64,000 nucleotides of DNA from Tubulanus polymorphus (Eukaryota; Animalia; Nemertea). The notes below the pieces were generated by a model, which saw only the letters and a list, made by a program, of their open reading frames with translations, had not been told where the DNA came from and made no database searches. Positions 24,401 through 37,680 of this stretch are shown here, in pieces (within the stretch, counting starts at the first letter, position 1; each line of letters opens with the position of its first letter). The stretch lies in assembly GCF_964204645.1 (NCBI RefSeq), contig NC_134036.1, positions 6,905,681 through 6,969,680 on the forward strand. Reading direction: 5' to 3'. The position numbers and the translations under genes are program-made.

Positions 24401-27400
24401 TACGACCCGGAGCAGTGAGGGAGGGAGGGTGGCAGTAGGTCGGTCGTCCGTTCGTTCGTCAGTGTGCCGGCGGTGGTAGTTCGAAAAACGACTAAGTGCT
24501 GACCGGGCCTTGATCAGCGTTACGACCCGGTGCAGTGAGGGAGGGAGGGAGGGAGGCAGTAGGTCGGTCGTCCATCCGTTCGTCAGTGTGCCGGCGGTGG
24601 TTGTTCGAAAAACGACTAAGTGCTGACCGGGCCATGATCAGCGTTACGACCCGGTGCAGTGAGGGAGGTAGGGAGGCACTAGGACAGTCGTCCGCCCGTT
24701 AGTCAGTGTGACTAAGTGCTGACCGGGCCTTGATCAGCGTTACGACCCGGTGCAGTGAGGGAGGGAGGGAGGCAGTTGGTCGGTCGTCCGTCCGTTCGTC
24801 AGTGTGCCGGCAGAGTTGGTTGTTCGAAAAACGACTAAGTGCTGACCGGGCCTTGATCAGCGTTACGACCCGGTGCAGTGATGGAGGGAGGGAGGGAGGG
24901 AGGCAGTAGGTCGGTCGTCCATCCGTTCGTCAGTGTGCCGGCGGTGGTAGTTCGAAAAACGACTAAGTGCTGACCGGGCCTTGATCAGCGTTACGACCCG
25001 GTGCAGTGAGGGAGGGAGGGAGGGAGGGAGGCAGTAGGTCGGTCGTCCATCCGTTCGTCAGTGTGCCGGCGGTGGTAGTTCGAAAAACGACTAAGTGCTG
25101 ACCGGGCCTTGATCAGCGTTACGACCCGGTGCAGTGAGGGAGGGAGGGAGGGAGGCAGTAGGTCGGTCGTCCACCCGTTCGTCAGTGTGCCGGCGGTGGT
25201 AGTTCGAAAAACGACTAAGTGCTGACCGGGCCTAGATCAGCGTTACGACCCGGTGCAGTGAGGGAGGGAGGGAGGCAGTAGGTCGATCGTCCGTCCGGTC
25301 GTCAGTGTGCCGGCGGTGGTTGTTCGAAAAACGACTAAGTGCTGACCGAGCCATGATCAGCGTTACGACCCGGTGCAGTGAGGGAGGGAGGGAGGGAGGC
25401 AGTAGGTCGGTCGTCCATCCGTTCGTCAGTGTGCCGGCGGTGGTAGTTCGAAAAACGACTAAGTGCTGACCGGGCCTTGATCAGCGTTACGACCCGGTGC
25501 AGTGAGGGAGGGAGGGAGGGAGGCAGTAGGTCGGTCGTCCATCCGTTCGTCAGTGTGCCGGCGGTGGTAGTTCGAAAAACGACTAAGTGCTGACCGGGCC
25601 TTGATCAGCGTTACGACCCGGTGCAGTGAGGGAGGGAGGGAGGGAGGCAGTAGGTCGGTCGTCCACCCGTTCGTCAGTGTGCCGGCGGTGGTAGTTCGAA
25701 AAACGACTAAGTGCTGACCGGGCCTAGATCAGCGTTACGACCCGGTGCAGTGAGGGAGGGAGGGAGGCAGTAGGTCGATCGTCCGTCCGGTCGTCAGTGT
25801 GCCGGCGGTGGTTGTTCGAAAAACGACTAAGTGCTGACCGAGCAATGATCAGCGTTACGACCCGGTGCAGTGAGGGAGGGAGGGAGGCACTAGGACAGTC
25901 GTCCGCCCGTTAGTCAGTGTGTCGGCGGTTGTTGTTCGAAAAACGACTAAGTGCTGACCGGGCCATGAACAGCGTTACGACCCGGCACCGGTCAGGAAGG
26001 GAGGGAGGGTGGCAGTAGGTCGGTCGTCCGTTCGTTCGTCAGTGTGCCGGTGGTAGTCGTTCGAAAGATGACTAAGTGCTGACCGGGCCTTGATCAGCGT
26101 TACGACCCGGCACCGGTCAGGGAGGGAGGGAGGGAGGCAGTAGGTCGGTCGTCCAACCGTTCGTCAGTGTGCCGGCGGTGGTAGTTCGAAAAACGACTAA
26201 GTGCTGACCGGGCCTTGATCAGCGTTACGACCCGGTGCAGTGAGGGAGGGTGGGAGGCAGTAGGTCGGTCGTCCGTCCGTTCGTCAGTGTGCCTGCGGTG
26301 GTTGTTCGAAAAACGACTAAGTGCTGACGGGCCTTGATCAGCGTTACGACCCGGAGCAGTGAGGGAGGGAGGGAGGCACTAGGACAGTCGTCCGCCCGTT
26401 AGTCAGTGTGTCGGCGGTTGTTGTTCGAAAAACGACTAAGTGCTGACCGGGCAATGATCAGCGTTACGACCCGGTGCAGTGAGGGAGGGAGGGAGGCACT
26501 AGGACAGTCGTCCGCCCGTTAGTCAGTGTGTCGGCGGTTGTTGTTCGAAAAACGACTAAGTGCTGACCGGGCCATGAACAGCGTTACGACCCGGCACCGG
26601 TCAGGAAGGGAGGGAGGGAGGCAGTAGGTCGGTCGTCCATCCGTTCGTCAGTGTGCCGGCGGTGGTAGTTCGAAAAACGACTAAGTGCTGACCGGGCCTA
26701 GATCAGCGTTACGACCCGGTGCAGTGAGGGAGGGAGAGAGGCAGTAGGTCGGTCGTCCGTCCGTTCGCCAGTGTGCCGCTGGTGGTTGTTCGAAAAACGA
26801 CTAAGTGTTGACCGGGCCTTGATCAGCGTTACGACCCGGAGCAGTGAGGGAGGGAGGGAGGCAGTAGGTCGGTCGTCCGTCCGTTCGCCAGTGTGCCGCT
26901 GGTGGTTGTTCGAAAAACGACTAAGTGCTGACCGGGCCTTGATCAGCGTTACGACCCGGTGCCGTGAGGGAGGGAGGGAGGCAGTAGGTCGGTCGTCCGT
27001 CCGTTCGTCAGTTTGCCGGCAGAGTTGGTTGTTCGAAAAACGACTAAGTGCTGACCGGGCCTTGATCAGCGTTACGACCCGGAGCAGTGAGGGAGGGAGG
27101 GAGGCAGTAGGTCGGTCGTCCGTCCGTTCGCCAGTGTGCAGGCGGTGGTTGTTCGAAAAACGACTAAGTGCTGACCGGGCCTTGATCAGCGTTACGACCC
27201 GGAGCATTGAGGGAGGGAGGGAGGCAGTAGGTCGGTCGTCCGTTCGTCAGTGTGCCGGCGGTGGTAGTTCGAAAAACGACTAAGTGCTGACCGGGCCTTG
27301 ATCAGCGTTACGACCCGGTGCAGTGAGGGAGGGAGGGAGGCAGTAGGTCGGTCGTCCGTCCGTTCGTCAGTGTGCCGGCGGTGGTAGTTCGAAAAACGAC

Positions 27401-30400
27401 TAAGTGCTGACCGGGCCTTGATCAGCGTTACGACCCGGTGCAGTGAGGGAGGGAGGGAGGCAGTAGGTCGGTCGTCCATCCGTTCGTCAGTGTGCCGGCG
27501 GTGGTAGTTCGAAAAACGACTAAGTGCTGACCGGGCCTTGATCAGCGTTACGACCCGGTGCAGTGAGGGAGGGAGGGAGGCAGTAGGTCGGTCGTCCGTC
27601 CGTTCGTCAGTGTGCCGGCGGTGGTTGTTCGAAAAACGACTAAGGGCTGACCGGGCCTTAATCAGCGGTATGACCCGGCGCTGGTCAGGGAGGGAGGGAG
27701 GGAGGCAGTAGGTCGGTCGTCCATCCGTTCGTCAGTGTGCCGGCGGTGGTAGTTCGAAAAACGACTAAGTGCTGACCGGGCCTTGATCAGCGTTACGACC
27801 CGGCACCGGTCAGGAAGGGAGGGAGGATGGCAGTAGGTCCGTCGTCCGCCCGTTAGTCAGTGTGTCGGCGGTTGCTGTTCGAAAAACGACTAAGTGCTGA
27901 CCGGGCCATGAACAGCGTTACGACCCGGCACCGGTCAGGAAGGGAGGGAGGGTGGCAGTAGGTCGGTCGTCCGTTCGTTCGTCAGTGTGCCGGCGGTGGT
28001 AGTTCGAAAAACGACTAAGTGCTGACCGGGCCTTGATCAGCGTTACGACCCGGTGCAGTGAGGGAGGGAGGGAGGCACTAGGACAGTCGTCCGCCCGTTA
28101 GTCAGTGTGTCGGCGGTTGTTGTTCGAAAAACGACTAAGTGCTGACCGGGCCATGAACAGCGTTACGACCCGGCATCGGTCAAGAAGGGAGGGAGGGTGG
28201 CAGTAGGTCGGTCGTCCGTTTGTTCGTCAGTGTGCCGGCGGTGGTAGTTCGAAAAACGACTAAGTGCTGACCGGGCCTTGATCAGCGTTACGACCCAGTG
28301 CAGTGAGGGAGGGAGGGAGGCAGTAGGTCGGTCGTCCGTCCGTTCGTCAGTGTGCCGGCGGTGGTTGTTCGAAAAACGACTAAGTGCTGACCGGGTCTTG
28401 ATCAGCGTTACGACCCGGTGCAGTGAGGGAGGGAGGGAGGGAGGGAGGCAGTAGGTCGGTCGTCCATCCGTTCGTCAGTGTGCCGGCGGTGGTTGTTCGA
28501 AAAACGACAAAGTGCTGAGCGGGCCTTGATCAGCGTTACGGCCCGGTGCAGTGAGGGAGGGAGGGAGGGAGGGAGGCAGTAGGTCGGTCGTCCATCCGTT
28601 CGTCAGTGTGCCGGCGGTGGTTGTTCGAAAAACGACTAAGTGCTAACCGGGCCATGATCAGCGTTACGACCCGGTGCAGTGAGGGAGGGAGGGAGGCACT
28701 AGGACAGTCGTCCGCCCGTTAGTCAGTGTGTCGGCGGTTGTTGTTCGAAAAACGACTAAGTGCTGACCGGGCAATGATCAGCGTTACGACCCGGTGCAGT
28801 GAGGGAGGGAGGGAGGCACTAGGACAGTCGTCCGCCCGTTAGTCAGTGTGTCGGCGGTTGTTGTTCGAAAAACGACTAAGTGCTGACCGGGCCATGAACA
28901 GCGTTACGACCCGGCACCGGTCAGGAAGGGAGGGAGGGAGGCAGTAGGTCGGTCGTCCATCCGTTCGTCAGTGTGCCGGCGGTGGTAGTTCGAAAAACGA
29001 CTAAGTGCTGACCGGGCCTAGATCAGCGTTACGACCCGGTGCAGTGAGGGAGGGAGAGAGGCAGTAGGTCGGTCGTCCGTCCGTTCGCCAGTGTGCCGCT
29101 GGTGGTTGTTCGAAAAACAACTAAGTGTTGACCGGGCCTTGATCAGCGTTACGACCCGGAGCAGTGAGGGAGGGAGGGAGGCAGTAGGTCGGTCGTCCGT
29201 CCGTTCGCCAGTGTGCCGCTGGTGGTTGTTCGAAAAACGACTAAGTGCTGACCGGGCCTTGATCAGCGTTACGACCCGGTGCCGTGAGGGAGGGAGGGAG
29301 GCAGTAGGTCGGTCGTCCGTCCGTTCGTCAGTTTGCCGGCAGAGTTGGTTGTTCGAAAAACGACTAAGTGCTGACCGGGCCTTGATCAGCGTTACGACCC
29401 GGTGCAGTGAGGGAGGGAGGGAGGGAGGGAGGCAGTAGGTCGGTCGTCCGTCCGGTCGTCAGTGTGCCGGCGGTGGTTGTTCGAAAAACGACTAAGTGCT
29501 GACCGGGCCTTGATCAGCGTTACGACCCGGTGCAGTGAGGGAGGGAGGGAGGCACTAGGACAGTCGTCCGCCCGTTAGTCAGTGTGTCGGCGGTTGTTGT
29601 TCGAAAAACGACTAAGTGCTGACCGGGCCATGAACAGCGTTACGACCCGGCACCGGTCAGGAAGGGAGGGAGGGTGGCAGTAGGTCGGTCGTCCGTTCGT
29701 TGGTCAGTGTGCCGGCGGTGGTAGTTCGAAAAACGACTAAGTGCTGACCGGGCCTTGATCAGCGTTACGACCCGGAGCGGTGTGGGAGGGAGGGGGACAG
29801 TAGGTCGGTCGTCCGTCCGTTCGTCAGTGTGCCGGCAGAGTTGGTTGTTTGAAAAACGACTAAGTGCTGACCGGGCCTTGATCAGCGTTACGACCCTGTG
29901 CTGTGAGGGAGGGAGGGAGGGAGGGAGGCAGTAGGTCGGTCGTCCATCCGTTCGTCAGTGTGCCGGCGGTGGTTGTTCGAAAAACGACTAAGTGCTGACC
30001 GGGCCTTGATCAGCGTTACGACCCGGTGCAGTGAGGGAGGGAGGGAGGCACTAGGACAGTCGTCCGCCCGTTAGTCAGTGTGTCGGCGGTTGTTGTTCGA
30101 AAAACGACTAAGTGCTGACCGGGCCATGAACAGCGTTACGACCCGGCACCTGTCAGGAAGGGAGGGAGGGTGGCAGTAGGTCGGTCGTCCGTCCGTTCGT
30201 CAGTGTGCTGGCGGTGGTTTTTCGAAAAACGACTAAGTACTGACCGGGCCTTAATCAGCGTTACGACCCGGCACCGGTCAAGGAGGGAGGGAGGAAGGCA
30301 GTAGGTCGGTCGTCCGTCCGTTCGTCAGTGTGCCGGCGGTGGTTGTTCGAAAAACGACTAAGTGCTGACCGGGCCTTGATCAGCGTTACGACCCGGAGCA

Positions 30401-30899
30401 GTGAGGGAGGGAGGGAGGCAGTAGGTCGGTCGTCCGTCCGTTCGCCAGTGTGCAGGCGGTGGTTGTTCGAAAAACGACTAAGTGCTGACCGGGCCTTGAT
30501 CAGCGTTACGACCCGGAGCATTGAGGGAGGGAGGGAGGCAGTAGGTCGGTCGTCCGTCCATTTGTCAGTGTGCCGGCAGTGATGGTTGTTCGAAAAACGA
30601 CTAAGGGCTGACCGGGCCTTAATCAGCGTTACGACCCGGCGCTGGTCAAGGAGGGAGGGAGCGAGGGAGGCAGTAGGTCCGTCGTCCGCCCGTTAGTCAG
30701 TGTGTCGGCGGTTGTTGTTCGAAAAACGACTAAGTGCTGACCGGGCCATGAACAGCGTTACGACCCGGCACCGGTCAGGAAGGGAGGGAGGGTGGCAGTA
30801 GGTCGGTCGTCCGTCCGTTCGTCAGTGTGCCGGCGGTGGTTGTTCGAAAAACGACTAAGTGCTGACCGGGCCTAGATCAGCGTTACGACCCGGTGCAGT

Positions 30900-33800
30900 G
30901 AGGGAGGGAGGGAGGCAGTAGGTCGGTCGTCCGTCCGGTCGTCAGTGTGCCGGCGGTGGTTGTTCGAAAAACGACTAAGTGCTGACCAGGCCATGATCAG
31001 CGTTACGACCCGGTGCAGTGAGGGAGGGAGGGAGGCACTAGGACAGTCGTCCGCCCGTTAGTCAGTGTGTCGGCGGTTGTTGTTCGAAAAACGACTAAGT
31101 GCTGACCGGGCCATGAACAGCGTTACGACCCGGCACCGGTCAGGAAGGGAGGGAGGGTGGCAGTAGGTCGGTCGTCCGTCCGTTCGTCAGTGTGCCGGCG
31201 GTGGTTGTTCAAAAAACGACTAAGTGCTGACCGGGCCTTGATCAGCGTTACGACCCGGAGCAGTGAGGGAGGGAGGGTGGCAGTAGGTCGGTCGTCCGTT
31301 CGTTCGTCAGTGTGCCGGCGGTGGTAGTTCGAAAAACGACTAAGTGCTGACCGGGCCTTGATCAGCGTTACGACCCGGTGCAGTGAGGGAGGGAGGGAGG
31401 GAGGCAGTAGGTCGGTCGTCCATCCGTTCGTCAGTGTGCCGGCGGTGGTTGTTCGAAAAACGACTAAGTGCTGACCGGGCCATGATCAGCGTTACGACCC
31501 GGTGCAGTGAGGGAGGTAGGGAGGCACTAGGACAGTCGTCCGCCCGTTAGTCAGTGTGACTAAGTGCTGACCGGGCCTTGATCAGCGTTACGACCCGGTG
31601 CAGTGAGGGAGGGAGGGAGGCAGTTGGTCGGTCGTCCGTCCGTTCGTCAGTGTGCCGGCAGAGTTGGTTGTTCGAAAAACGACTAAGTGCTGACCGGGCC
31701 TTGATCAGCGTTACGACCCGGTGCAGTGAGGGAGGGAGGGAGGGAGGCAGTAGGTCGGTCGTCCATCCGTTCGTCAGTGTGCCGGCGGTGGTAGTTCGAA
31801 AAACGACTAAGTGCTGACCGGGCCTTGATCAGCGTTACGACCCGGTGCAGTGAGGGAGGGAGGGAGGGAGGCAGTAGGTCGGTCGTCCATCCGTTCGTCA
31901 GTGTGCCGGCGGTGGTAGTTCGAAAAACGACTAAGTGCTGACCGGGCCTTGATCAGCGTTACGACCCGGTGCAGTGAGGGAGGGAGGGAGGGAGGCAGTA
32001 GGTCGGTCATCCACCCGTTCGTCAGTGTGCCGGCGGTGGTAGTTCGAAAAACGACTAAGTGCTGACCGGGCCTAGATCAGCGTTACGACCCGGTGCAGTG
32101 AGGGAGGGAGGGAGGCAGTAGGTCGATCGTCCGTCCGGTCGTCAGTGTGCCGGCGGTGGTTGTTCGAAAAACGACTAAGTGCTGACCGAGCCATGATCAG
32201 CGTTACGACCCGGTGCAGTGAGGGAGGGAGGGAGGGAGGCAGTAGGTCGGTCGTCCATCCGTTCGTCAGTGTGCCGGCGGTGGTAGTTCGAAAAACGACT
32301 AAGTGCTGACCGGGCCTTGATCAGCGTTACGACCCGGTGCAGTGAGGGAGGGAGGGAGGGAGGCAGTAGGTCGGTCGTCCATCCGTTCGTCAGTGTGCCG
32401 GCGGTGGTAGTTCGAAAAACGACTAAGTGCTGACCGGGCCTTGATCAGCGTTACGACCCGGTGCAGTGAGGGAGGGAGGGAGGGAGGCAGTAGGTCGGTC
32501 GTCCACCCGTTCGTCAGTGTGCCGGCGGTGGTAGTTCGAAAAACGACTAAGTGCTGACCGGGCCTAGATCAGCGTTACGACCCGGTGCAGTGAGGGAGGG
32601 AGGGAGGCAGTAGGTCGATCGTCCGTCCGGTCGTCAGTGTGCCGGCGGTGGTTGTTCGAAAAACGACTAAGTGCTGACCGAGCAATGATCAGCGTTACGA
32701 CCCGGTGCAGTGAGGGAGGGAGGGAGGCACTAGGACAGTCGTCCGCCCGTTAGTCAGTGTGTCGGCGGTTGTTGTTCGAAAAACGACTAAGTGCTGACCG
32801 GGCCATGAACAGCGTTACGACCCGGCACCGGTCAGGAAGGGAGGGAGGGTGGCAGTAGGTCGGTCGTCCGTTCGTTCGTCAGTGTGCCGGCGGTGGTTGT
32901 TCGAAAAACGACTAAGTGCTGACCGGGCCTTGATCAGCGTTACGACCCGGTGCTGTGAGGGAGGGAGGGAGGGAGGGAGGCAGTAGATCGGTCGTCCATC
33001 CGTTCGTCAGTGTGCCGGTGGTGGTTGTTCGAAAAACGACTAAGTGCTGACCGGGCCTTGATCAGCGTTACGACCCGGCGCAGTGAGGGAGGGAGGGAGG
33101 GAGGCAGTAGGTCGGTCGTCCATCCGTTCGTCAGTGTGTCGGCGGTGGTTGTTCGAAAAACGACTAAGTGCTGACCGGGCCTTGATCAGCGTTACGACCC
33201 GGAGCATTGAGGGAGGGAGGGAGGCAGTAGGTCGGTCGTCCGTCCGTTTGTCAGTGTGCCGGCAGTGATGGTTGTTCGAAAAACGACTAAGGGCTGACCG
33301 GGCCTTAATCAGCGTTACGACCCGGCGCTGGTCAAGGATGGAGGGAGGGAGGGAGGCAGTAGGTCCGTCGTCCGCCCGTTAGTCAGTGTGTCGGCGGTTG
33401 TTGTTCGAAAAACGACTAAGTGCTGACCGGGCCATGAACAGCGTTACGACCCGGCACCGGTCAGGAAGGGAGGGAGGGTGGCAGTAGGTCGGTCGTCCGT
33501 TCGTTCGTCAGTGTGCCGGCGGTGGTAGTTCGAAAAACGACTAAGTGCTGACCGGGCCTTGATCAGCGTTACGACCCGGTGCAGTGAGGGAGGGAGGGAG
33601 GGAGGCAGTAGGTCGGTCGTCCATCCGTTCGTCAGTGTGCCGGCGGTGGTAGTTCGAAAAACGACTAAGTGCTGACCGGGCCTTGATCAGCGTTACGACC
33701 CGGCACCGGTCAGGGAGGGAGGGAGGGAGGCAGTAGGTCGGTCGTCCGTCCGTTCGTCATTGTGCCGGCGGTGGTAGTTCGAAAAATGACTAAGTGCTGA

Positions 33801-36800
33801 CCGGGCCTTGATCAGCGTTACGACCCGGAGCATTGAGGGAGGGAGGGAGGCAGTAGGTCGGTCGTCCGTCCATTTGTCAGTGTGCCGGCAGTGATGGTTG
33901 TTCGAAAAATGACTAAGGGCTGACCGGGCCTTGATCAGCGTTGCGACCCGGCGCTGGTCAGGGCGGGAGGGAGGGAGGCAGTAGGTCGGTCGTCCATCCG
34001 TTCGTCAGTGTGCCGGCGGTGGTAGTTCGAAAAACGACTGAGTGCTGACCGGGCCTAGGTCAGCGTTACGACCCGGTGCAGTGAGGGAGGGAGGGAGGCA
34101 GTAGGTCGGTCGTCCGTCCGGTCGTCAGTGTGCCGGCGGTGGTTGTTCGAAAAACGACTAAGTGCTGACCGGGCCATGATCAGCGTTACGACCCGGTGCA
34201 GTGAGGGAGGGAGGGAGGCACTAGGACAGTCGTCCACCCGTTAGTCAGTGTGTCGGCGGTTGTTGTTCGAAAAACGACTAAGTGCTGACCGGGCCTTAAT
34301 CAGCGTTACGACCCGGCACCGGTCAGGGAGGGAGGGAGGGAGGCAGTAGGTCGGTCGTCCGTCCGTTCGTCAGTGTGCCGGCGGTGGTTGTTCGAAAAAC
34401 GACTAAGTGCTGACCGGGCCTTGATCAGCGTTACGAACCGGAGCAGTGAGGGAGGGAGGGAGGCAGTAGGTCGGTCGTCCGTCCGTTCGCCAGTGTGCCG
34501 GCGGTGGTTGTTCGAAAAACGACTAAGTGCTGACCGGGCCTTGATCAGCGTTACGACCCGGCGCAGTGAGGGAGGGAGGGAGGGAGGCAGTAGGTCGGTC
34601 GTCCATCCGTTCGTCAGTGTGTCGGCGGTGGTTGTTCGAAAAACGACTAAGTGCTGACCGGGCCATGATCAGCGTTACGACCCGGAGCATTGAGGGAGGG
34701 AGGGAGGCAGTAGGTCGGTCGTCCGTCCGTTTGTCAGTGTGCCGGCAGTGATGGTTGTTCGAAAAACGACTAAGTGCTGACCGGGCCTTGATCAGCGTTA
34801 CGACCCGGTGCAGTGAGGGAGGGAGGAAGGCAGTAGGTCGGTCGTCCGTCCGTTCGTCAGTGTGCCGGCGGTGGTTGTTCGAAAAACGACTAAGTGCTGA
34901 CCGGGCCTTGATCAGCGTTACGACCCGGTGCAGTGAGGGAGGGAGGGAGGCAGTAGGTCGGTCGTCCGTCCGGTCGTCAGTGTGCCGGCGGTGGTTGTTC
35001 GAAAAACGACTAAGTGCTGACCGGGCCATGATCAGCGTTACGACCCGGTGCAGTGAGGGAGGGAGGGAGGCACTAGGACAGTCGTCCGCCCGTTAGTCAG
35101 TGTGTCGGCGGTTGTTGTTCGAAAAACGACTAAGTGCTGACCGGGCCATGAACAGCGTTACGACCCGGCACCGGTCAGGAAGGGAGGGAGGGAGGCAGTA
35201 GGTCGGTCGTCCATCCGTTCGTCAGTGTGCCGGCGGTGGTAGTTCGAAAAACGACTAAGTGCTGACCGGGCCTAGATCAGCGTTACGACCCGGTGCAGTG
35301 AGGGAGGGAGAGAGGCAGTAGGTCGGTCGTCCGTCCGGTCGTCAGTGTGCCGGCGGTGGTTGTTCGAAAAACGACTAAGTGCTGACCGGGCCTTGATCAG
35401 CGTTACGACCCGGAGCAGTGAGGGAGGGAGGGAGGCAGTAGGTCGGTCGTCCGTCCGTTCGTCAGTTTGCCGGCAGAGTTGGTTGTTCGAAAAACGACTA
35501 AGTGCTGACCGGGCCTTGATCAGCGTTACGACCCGGTGCAGTGAGGGAGGGAGGGAGGGAGGCAGTAGGTCGGTCGTCCATCCGTTCGTCAGTGTGCCGG
35601 CGGTGGTAGTTCGAAAAACGACTAAGTGCTGACCGGGCCTTGATCAGCGTTACGACCCGGTGCAGTGAGGGAGGGAGGGAGGGAGGCAGTAGGTCGGTCG
35701 TCCATCCGTTCGTCAGTGTGCCAGCGGTGGTAGTTCGAAAAACGACTAAGTGCTGACCGGGCCTTGATCAGCGTTACGACCCGGTGCAGTGAGGGAGGGA
35801 GGGAGGGAGGCAGTAGGTCGGTCGTCCACCCGTTCGTCAGTGTGCCGGCGGTGGTAGTTCGAAAAAAGACTAAGTGCTGACCGGGCCTAGATCAGCGTTA
35901 CGACCCGGTGCAGTGAGGGAGGGAGGGAGGGAGGCAGTAGGTCGGTCGTCCGTCCGGTCGTCAGTGTGCCGGCGGTGGTTGTTCGAAAAACGACTAAGTG
36001 CTGACCGAGCCATGATCAGCGTTACGACCCGGTGCAGTGAGGGAGGAAGGGAGGCACTAGGACAGTCGTCCGCCCGTTAGTCAGTGTGTCGGCGGTTGTT
36101 GTTCGAAAAACGACTAAGTGCTGACCGGGCCATGAACAGCGTTACGACCCGGCACCGGTCAGGAAGGGAGGGAGGGTGGCAGTAGGTCGGTCGTCCGTTC
36201 GTTCGTCAGTGTGCCGGCGGTGGTTGTTCGAAAAACGACTAAGTGCTGACCGGGCCTTGATCAGCGTTACGACCCGGTGCTGTGAGGGAGGGAGGGAGGG
36301 AGGGAGGCAGTAGATCGGTCGTCCATCCGTTCGTCAGTGTGCCGGCGGTGGTTGTTCGAAAAACGACTAAGTGCTGACCGGGCCTTGATCAGCGTTACGA
36401 CCCGGCGCAGTGAGGGAGGGAGGGAGGGAGGCAGTAGGTCGGTCGTCCATCCGTTCGTCAGTGTGTCGGCGGTGGTTGTTCGAAAAACGACTAAGTGCTG
36501 ACCGGGCCTTGATCAGCGTTACGACCCGGAGCATTGAGGGAGGGAGGGAGGCAGTAGGTCGGTCGTCCGTCCGTTTGTCAGTGTGCCGGCAGTGATGGTT
36601 GTTCGAAAAACGACTAAGGGCTGACCGGGCCTTTATCAGCGTTACGACCCGGCGCTGGTCAAGGAGGGAGGGAGGGAGGGAGGCAGTAGGTCCGTCGTCC
36701 GCCCGTTAGTCAGTGTGTCGGCGGTTGTTGTTCGAAAAACGACTAAGTGCTGACCGGGCCATGAACAGCGTTACGACCCGGCACCGGTCAGGAAGGGAGG

Positions 36801-37680
36801 GAGGGTGGCAGTAGGTCGGTCGTCCGTTCGTTCGTCAGTGTGCCGGCGGTGGTAGTTCGAAAAACGACTAAGTGCTGACCGGGCCTTGATCAGCGTTACG
36901 ACCCGGTGCAGTGAGGGAGGGAGGGAGGGAGGCAGTAGGTCGGTCGTCCATCCGTTCGTCAGTGTGCCGGCGGTGGTAGTTCGAAAAACGACTAAGTGCT
37001 GACCGGGCCTTGATCAGCGTTACGACCCGGCACCGGTCAGGGAGGGAGGGAGGGAGGCAGTAGGTCGGTCGTCCGTCCGTTCGTCATTGTGCCGGCGGTG
37101 GTAGTTCGAAAAACGACTAAGTGCTGACCGGGCCTTGATCAGCGTTACGACCCGGAGCATTGAGGGAGGGAGGGAGGCAGTAGGTCGGTCGTCCGTCCGT
37201 TCGTCAGTGTGCCGGCGGTGGTAGTTCGAAAAACGACTAAGTGCTGACCGGGCCTAGGTCAGCGTTACGACCCGGTGCAGTGAGGGAGGGAGGGAGGCAG
37301 TAGGTCGGTCGTCCGTCCGGTCGTCAGTGTGCCGGCGGTGGTTGTTCGAAAAACGACTAAGTGCTGACCGGGCCATGATCAGCGTTACGACCCGGTGCAG
37401 TGAGGGAGGGAGGGAGGCACTAGGACAGTCGTCCGCCCGTTAGTCAGTGTGTCGGCGGTTGTTGTTCGAAAAACGACTAAGTGCTGACCGGGCCTTGATC
37501 AGCGTTACGACCCGGAGCAGTGAGGGAGGGAGGGAGGCAGTAGGTCGGTCGTCCGTCCGTTCGCCAGTGTGCCGGCGGTGGTTGTTCGAAAAACGACTAA
37601 GTGCTGACCGGGCCTTGATCAGCGTTACGACCCGGAGCATTGAGGGAGGGAGGGAGGCAGTAGGTCGGTCGTCCGTTCGT
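30900..37680 (+). repeat. Long-range copy of the array segment at ~1-10.6 kb, with internal block differences
   Basis: ORF offsets 2996/31578, 4501/33083, 5473/34055, 5791/34373 and 5984/34566 are all 28582; 9317/36410 and 10354/37447 are 27093; 671/31578 is 30907. Shared rare variants: GACCAGGCC (~77/30984), GTTGCGACC (~5358/33940), ACGAACCGG (~5851/34433). Confidence 0.88.
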
